DNA of 64,000 nucleotides from an uncultured Methanosarcinaceae archaeon. Its GTDB lineage: Archaea > Halobacteriota > Methanosarcinia > Methanosarcinales > Methanosarcinaceae. The translations under genes and the position numbers were made by a program. Location of the stretch: NCBI GenBank assembly GCA_963833425.1, contig CAWHXP010000009.1, forward strand, positions 32,001 to 96,000, in the 5' to 3' direction. How positions within the stretch are numbered: the first letter of the stretch is position 1; every line of letters begins with the position of its first letter. Under the pieces are notes generated by a model that saw only the letters and a list, made by a program, of their open reading frames with translations, made no database searches and was not told where the DNA came from. Positions 56,967 through 64,000 of this stretch are shown piece by piece.

Positions 56967-58298
56967 TATTAATTCAATTTATTTGTTCGTTACTAATGAG
57001 GCTGCAAATCCTCATGAACTCAGACAAACTCCGGGAACTTAATTTATCCGGAAATTATTTTTAACCATATTTTCCTAGCTACATTCATCTATTATAAGTA
57101 AGAGGAACCTGTATTTTACAGAAACAGTAGTTCCAAATTTCTTTAATTACTAAATATATTTTTTCAGATCAAGGTGTTATTGAGAAATTTCAGACTATCC
57201 AATAGATTCTTTTCAAAAACTCAGTTAAAATATATCCAATATTATAAATCTTTTTTCAAGGAGTAGGCCCTAAAAATCATTATATTCTGAGACCTAGAGA
57301 TTGAAAAAAGGAAATCATACACTGAGTTCTATGAAATCGTGTTATCCAATTTTTCATCCCACTTCCCCAGTAAAATATAATAAATTCACAATTTTTTTTT
57401 ACTATCAATTTTCTGTCGCATACATAATTTTGTGAAAATGATGGGCAGGAGATTTCCTCGGTATTTACCCAAAAATGGTGGTTATACTCTTTGTTTAGAT
57501 TTGATACATTACTCAAGGATAAGTTCGATTTTAGATATTTTTCCTTAGCAATTAACTTTTGAGCCTTCGAAAATCCCGATTTTTGGCTGGTTGTTTAGAA
57601 TGTATATGTAATCAAATTGTCGAAATCGGAGATTTATCAAAATTCTCTTCAGATTACTAACTGATGGATTAAAAATAGATACTACCAATAGCCTACAGTT
57701 TAATCAGATCCTAGACTAAATTTTCTCATTGAGTCTTTGTAAAGATGGCTAATGATATTTTTTTTCCTCAGGCGGAATAGTTATGCTGATTCTATCGTTA
57801 TTTGTGGGATTGAAATTCTTTCTGATATAGATTTCTAATAGTTTTGTTGCCGGAATAAAGTTTCTCCGAATTATGGAACGAATAATCAGGGAAATATGGT
57901 CCTTAAACATACGGTCCATATCTGTATAGACTTTTAATTTATCTACTTATTTGTTAACTATTATTCATTGGATGTTAGTCGAATTTTTAATCCACTGCCA
58001 TGTTGAGGAATTAGATGGTATTCTTGTATGTATCTTTGAAAAGTTGTGATAAATGATTGAGTAATGTATGCAAGAATTATGGTAATCGAATACGTACAAG
58101 CATTAATCTAGACAAATCTGGAAGAAACAAAATAAATAGTAAAAATTGTCAAGATTATTCGAATTTGAGTGAAACTGAGTTTTATATCTACAAAAATGAA
58201 TTTAATTTGAAATTCTAATTTAAGGAAACTCCTTAAATTGATTCTTTACTTCGCTGAAAAAGTCAAATATTAACTTCATTTCCTAGTGATTTTCAATT

Positions 58299-58610
58299 TC
58301 AAGTTAGAGTAGAGTCCTTCTGGCCTCGCATCTTTTTTATGGCTAAAGCTATATTTTTTGTGATAATTGACTTAGGACCTTTGTTGTCTACAAGAACCCT
58401 CCCGCTCACTTCCCACCAGGACTTTGGATACGCTTTTTCGGGCTCTATTTCAGGATTTAGGCCAAGTTGCCTAGCTGCTTCTTTTATCTCATTGAGCTGT
58501 GGCTCCTTTATCGAATTTTTCCGAGCAATTATTCTTCCCTTGCTCCTCGACTTCATCTGGTCAATGTATATCGGCCAGATTACAATTTTTCCCTTATCTC
58601 GCATCATCAT
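58299..58610 (-). CDS. srp19: Signal recognition particle protein SRP19
   Basis: IWPIYID..SRSKGR and KAYPKSWWEVSGRV motifs. Confidence 0.93.
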   Translation of the reverse strand: MMMRDKGKIVIWPIYIDQMKSRSKGRIIARKNSIKEPQLNEIKEAARQLGLNPEIEPEKAYPKSWWEVSGRVLVDNKGPKSIITKNIALAIKKMRGQKDSTLT

Positions 58611-58943
58611 GATATCTTTGTTCTAAAGTGCTTTCATCTAATTTAAAACTGCCCTGGAGATTCCTAAGGGTCAGAACGTCATCTTTATCGTAGACTTTTT
58701 GTATCATTTCCCAATTTGTATACACACCTATTATTTGGCTGATCTTCATTTTAAAACTTGCTTCTCACCATATTTGGGTCTGTTTGTTCTACGCCTTAAT
58801 GAGATTAGTTAGAACGTAGTACTTCTGAGCAGGACAAAGTAAATTTAGTCACAATGGAAACTTGACTATGAAAATATCAATCACTTAATGACTGATGACC
58901 CAAGTTTCAAAACCTGTAATTATTTATCTTCCCAGGACAAATT

Positions 58944-59216
58944 TTGTATGGTGCTAATATGATTCCATCTTTTGCAATAGATGAGAAGGTAAGAGCTTAT
59001 ATAAGAAAAAGCGGACAGGATTTCCGGCTTTCCACATCTACCGAGGGCCCGGTACTTCTTACGCTTGATTATGTTTCACCTAAACCTTCAGACCTCAAGA
59101 TATTAATTGGTAATAATGTTCTTTATATTTCAAAAATTCAGGCAAAGTATATAAAGAAAATTGACTGGCCTATGATGGAAAGATTTCTGAATTTTTCCGG
59201 AAATCTCAGCACCTGA
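58944..59216 (+). CDS. Small hypothetical protein
   Basis: Clean ~85-90 aa ORF followed by a T-rich tract. Confidence 0.6.
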   Translation: MYGANMIPSFAIDEKVRAYIRKSGQDFRLSTSTEGPVLLTLDYVSPKPSDLKILIGNNVLYISKIQAKYIKKIDWPMMERFLNFSGNLST

Positions 59217-60181
59217 ATTTTGAGTTTATCTGCCAGTTTCTATTTTTTTCTTTAGTAAATGAGTTTTTTATCTCCCTCTTCCATCATGATTACATTAGTT
59301 CAGATTTGGTGCAGTTTCGAATTTTGTATTGAAAAAATAGAGTCTTTGAAGTGGATGATTTTGGACATTTTAGTATTTTAAACTCATTGTTTACTTTATA
59401 TCCAGCTTCTACACCTCATCTTTTCTGCCTTCATAAGATATTTTTTTCTTGGAAAATTTGTCTATAAAATTAATTTTTTTATTTGTTGCAGATCAGATGC
59501 ATTCTTTTTTGATCCAACATTGACGCAATATAAAAGTTGATCCTCAGCCCCTAAATTTATATTCTAGAGGGGTTAGATTTATCTCTAATTTTCCCTTCTA
59601 GAAAAATTTTAAAGGATTCTCTCGGAGGAAAAAAAATCAAAGGCAAATCTAAACCATGTAAGTTTCATATAATTAAAAATATGTCATCTGAAGGAATTCT
59701 TATTTTTGTTATCCGTCCTTGACTCGTTGGTTGTAGATTTGAGAGAATCGGTTAAAGATGTAGCAGCACGAAATGAAACATCAAAAACTTCTTGGCAGCT
59801 ATAGAGAGTTTTGAAAACCCCTCGGTTTCGCTATATGATCAGAAATGACTTTTTATTTCTTCAGGTAAAGTTATTATATCAACGATGATACATAATTCAG
59901 AAGATATAGACAGTAAACTAGCTGTATAATATCTCAAGATTGGATTGTTTTTCAGTATCGAATCGATTGCTTCACGAACTTAAATATTTTTTGTATACAT
60001 TAAATTGTAGAAATGATTTCGGAACTTCAGATCCGAAAAACTGGATTATCCGCTTTATTTATTAAGAAGAGATGGCATAGGATAAAGACCCATATGTTCC
60101 AGATCCTAAAAAGGCTTCGCCTTGTGGAGAAAGAAATTGCCGAAGGCTGAAAAGATCGCTTAAGCTAAAAGGAGAATTTTT

Positions 60182-61045
60182 GTGGAAATAAAAACTAAAC
60201 TATTTTTTATATTCCTTGCTCTGATGGTGGTCTTGGTATCAGGTTGTATCGAAGAAAAAAAGAAGATTACCCTTGATCAACCCGGCAATATCTCTAGCTA
60301 TGAATTTGAGGTTTTTCAGGATTCTTGGATCAATAAAACACCTGTAAATACCAGCACATACTATATCCTAGAAGATCATAGAAAAGTACAGGTCGTAAAT
60401 ATTGTAATAAATTGTAGTAAATTTGATATTTATCCGCCAGATACCCTAGGTGGCAATTCAGAGGAAAAACCAATTGAAAATTTTGTATTGCTCGTGGATC
60501 CTTCAAAAAAGACCATATTAAATACCGGTACTTTACGAGAAATTTCACACAAAATTGAGAATTCATCTGTCAATTACACTCTGACTCAAGAAATTGGCCA
60601 AAACCTGAAAGTAATACACCTGGAATTCGAAGAACCTTTCACAGGTTTTATTGGTTATACTCATGAGATTCCAGGAACCCAAAGCTTTGGATTCATGAAA
60701 CCTGATTCCGAGTTTATTCGTGTGGTTCTTCCAGCAGGGTATGTTACTGGCAACAGGGTATTCGGGATAGCACTACCGACACCTTACAACGTAACTTTTG
60801 ATGAAAAATCAAGGCAAAATCTCCTTTGGAATTCTTCGAAAATGGGAAAAAAGGAAGTTGCTATTCAGGTAAAATATTATACTAAATCTGCACCTGTATT
60901 TTTCTTAGCCACAATTGTGGTACTATTCATTGGTGTTGGTCTCGTGCTTTCGCATTATTTCAGGATTGAGAAAGAATTTGAGGCTGCTAGAGGGATTTTT
61001 GAACTCGAAAAAGAGTGCGAGGAGAAGCAGCAAAGAAAGAAATGA
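60182..61045 (+). CDS. Predicted lipoprotein with C-terminal TM helix (DUF5803-like)
   Basis: LVSGC lipobox, VVLPAGYVTGNRVFG motif, C-terminal hydrophobic helix and basic tail. Confidence 0.7.
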   Translation: MEIKTKLFFIFLALMVVLVSGCIEEKKKITLDQPGNISSYEFEVFQDSWINKTPVNTSTYYILEDHRKVQVVNIVINCSKFDIYPPDTLGGNSEEKPIENFVLLVDPSKKTILNTGTLREISHKIENSSVNYTLTQEIGQNLKVIHLEFEEPFTGFIGYTHEIPGTQSFGFMKPDSEFIRVVLPAGYVTGNRVFGIALPTPYNVTFDEKSRQNLLWNSSKMGKKEVAIQVKYYTKSAPVFFLATIVVLFIGVGLVLSHYFRIEKEFEAARGIFELEKECEEKQQRKK

Positions 61046-61719
61046 GCCTTAGAGGGATATTTCCTTTGGATTATACTTTTTCATACTTATTTGTGTTTAG
61101 GAAAAAATCAACTATTTTTCTAAAGTACCTAGAGTATATATCTAAATTGTAGTATATATATATAAAAATATTTATAAGTAATTCATGATCATCATAAGTT
61201 TATCGAAATGCCCATATTTATTTTTCCTTTAATGGAGATAGAGATTTAATCCGGTGCGGACTTTTTTGTTAAAGTCATAATCAACAGCTCGTAGTCCGGT
61301 ATAGGTTTTCTGTATACTCTATTACAGTCACCTCTTGTTTAATGCAAAATTATTGAAATCAAAGACGAAAATGTTCTTGGTGAAAGAATAGATACAATGA
61401 AGCTAGTAGATGGATGAAATGAAAAAAGAAAAGTTCATTTGTATTTTCGATTGAATTTACCTTGAAAGCCATTTAGCTTCTAATGGTTAAGAGTTTTTCA
61501 GAATCTCTTTCATGGTCATAAAATTGGATTGTTCACTCAAAATACGAAATTCGAGTAAACAATTTTGAGTTTTGGATTTGCTTATAATTTATAAATTGGC
61601 ACTCTTTGGGCATTTCATTAGCATAAATGAAAAATTTGCAGATCATGTGGATGTGGGTATAGATGAAAATTTGCAATACTTTCAAGAGGAGCTTTTTCTT
61701 AGTTTTCTTTAATGCAGAT

Positions 61720-62691
61720 TTAAGCTGCTCTAACACCTTTAAGGATTGTAGACATTGAATGCAGCATGATGCCTGTTAGGGCCATAAAACTCCCTGCAGC
61801 AATCAGTAAGATCATGATCATTGCAAGCCAGAAACTGAGACCTCCTCCCATAGAAAAAGTTTGTAGGAAGTGAGCAACCATATAGAGGCCTCCCGCTCCG
61901 AGAGATATACCGGGGATTGTAAAATAGAACAAGGGATTATCGAATTTTATGTCCTTTAAGATCATGAGGAGAACTTCGAGGCCATGATGAATCGGATTTT
62001 TGGTAGAACAGTCAACATCATAAAGGACGTCGATTTCGACTTCTTTTATGCGGAGGCCGGCCTTCCCAGCATCTGCAAGCATTTAGCTTTCTATAGCCAT
62101 GCCCTGCGCGTTGAAGCGAAAAATATCTATCGTAGAGGCCGCAAAGGCACGAAAACCGATTTGAGAATCGGTAATATTGACGCCCGAGCTGATGTTAGTG
62201 AACCTATCAAAAATGGTCTGGCCGACGCGGCGGTAAAAAGGAGTTTTTTTGTCAAGGCCGTTTAAGTAGCGGCTACCATTCACAATGTCAGCATTTCCTT
62301 CAATAATTGGAGCTATTAACTTTGGAATGTCAGCAGGGTTGTGCTGTCCGTCTGAATCCATCGTTACAATTACATCGACACCAAAATTAACTGCGACTGT
62401 AAAACCGGTCTTGAGAGCACCCCCTTTTCCCATGTTAATTTCATGTACGATCACTTCGGCTCCAGCTTCTCTGGCAATGTCAGCTGTACGGTCTGAACTA
62501 CCGTCGTCAACAACGATTACGTTTTCTGCATAGATTCTGGTAAGGAGAACTATGCTTCCGATGGAGACTTCTTCATTATAAGCGGGAAGAACTACTATGA
62601 TATTCTGGGGAGTTATCCCTCGCTCAGGTCGATGTTTTTCTTCTTTACTTATACACCGAATTTTTTTGCCTATCGATAGTTCATTATTCAC
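61720..62691 (-). pseudogene. GT2 glycosyltransferase (Dol-P-sugar synthase-like) split by one in-frame TAA
   Basis: PAYNEE, VDDGSSD, DSDGQH, DSQIGFRA motifs; GMAIES*MLADAG with TAA at 62083-62085 (expected GAA); two C-terminal TM helices. Confidence 0.85.
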
Positions 62692-64000
62692 TTTGAATAA
62701 CCCCCAAGATATATACTAAAATTATTGACGGAAACTGTGAATTCAAGCATTCGTGTAATCAAAATCATAGAATTGATTTGCACGATTTTCTCGGCATAGG
62801 CAATTGCCTCGTCCACCACCTACAAGGTTTACCTACAAGATTGGTGTTTTAAAATCCTCAAATTTGAGTATGTGCAATACCCATAGCAATCAATTATTAC
62901 AAATTATTTGATTTATGCCCTGTTATTATTAAAGAAACCTATTTAAATTTTATTCCTTTATGATTTTATATATGAATATCTAGAAACTAAATAAACATGC
63001 TAGAATATCTTTTCCTTAAGAAAGATAGTTACAGCTAAATAATGGATTAAAAATACATTGCCATTTACTCTCGAGATCAATTAGATAAACTTCTGATTTT
63101 AACAAATTTAATACTTCACTACCTGGCTCAGATACTTATATAATCCTACCCATTTTCTCGAATTTCTTTAGATTATTGTTTAACTAAATTCCACAAAGTA
63201 TTTTGAACCTGTACTTTGAATTAATGTGTGAACAACATCTGTAAATAATTGATGCTAGAACCTTGAAACATAGCGTAGATGTCACTTTATTGAATCAAAA
63301 TTGAATTATTTTTGATAATAGCAGTAGCAAAAGGGTTTATACATTTAGCTCCACTAAAGGAAATTATGCCAAAATTTTGTGATTTGTGGTCAATTCCAGA
63401 TATAAATGCCGAATAAAATTGTTCAGATATAGTGTATTAGTATGGTTACTGAAAAAAATACATCTATTTGTGAGAATCTCAAATTAGCTATTGAATTCTT
63501 GATCCAATTTAACTATTTTTTTAAAGTATTCTCCAAATGAAATTTTGTTCTGAACCTTGATTTACAATTCCGTCAGAAGTACTATTCTATATGCGATCAA
63601 GTTCAGGAATGAGTGAACTTTACTACTTTTTTACTATTCTGACTTAAAATTTTATTATAACCTTTATGAGACCCCGTATCTTATAGCATTTAGCTCTTTT
63701 TATATAATTATTTGAATGAATTGCCTTTAATATTTTGGTTTCTTCGATACATTCCAACCTGAACCATTCTTTCATTATAGCACGCGAGATTGATTTTTTT
63801 CTTCCATTTTTGCATTGATACCTCTTCCTTTTTTTCATATTTTATTGGAAAGTGATTTATTATCTCATTACCACCGTCCTTATTGATTACGGCATTTGAT
63901 GCAAAATGATGACCGATTTTGCTTTAAGATGAAACCATATAATACATTTTGGAAACGAATCATAAACTAGTTGGAAGAGTTCGATTATATCTCAGTATTT

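Noticed and set aside
62083..62085. Pyrrolysine readthrough in the GT2 gene
   Set aside because: The stop is TAA, not TAG, and replaces an expected Glu.

Overview
AT-rich archaeal chromosome segment, most consistent with Methanosarcina (thi4, cdc6/orc1, srp19, archaeal A1-U72 tRNA-Gln, Methanosarcina-type IS/MITE debris). The main structure is a ~33.9 kb integrated element (8258-42183) bounded by a perfect 15-bp direct repeat that matches the 3' end of tRNA-Gln(UUG). Its left part has the gene order of a bacterial phage satellite (PICI/SaPI): intact tyrosine integrase, a divergent wHTH/AbrB regulator pair, a Prim-Pol-helicase rep gene (two frameshifts), an origin-like block of inverted TTCCC iterons, and a terminase-small-subunit-like gene. 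I found no capsid, tail or conjugation genes. Diverged second and third copies of the rep/ori block and of the terS-upstream block suggest tandem accretion of related elements. Cargo includes Cu/Zn SOD, fumC plus malic enzyme, a hydrolase/haloperoxidase operon, a PfkB-NUDIX-B12 radical SAM cluster and an NTPase-TPR protein. Three cargo units share a ~100-bp promoter module. Outside the island are tRNA-Ser(CGA), cdc6 with a candidate ORB and a ~217-bp tandem repeat array, a K+ channel, a DEAD-box helicase, srp19 and many pseudogenes and IS remnants. All calls come from reading motifs by eye; no database searches were run.
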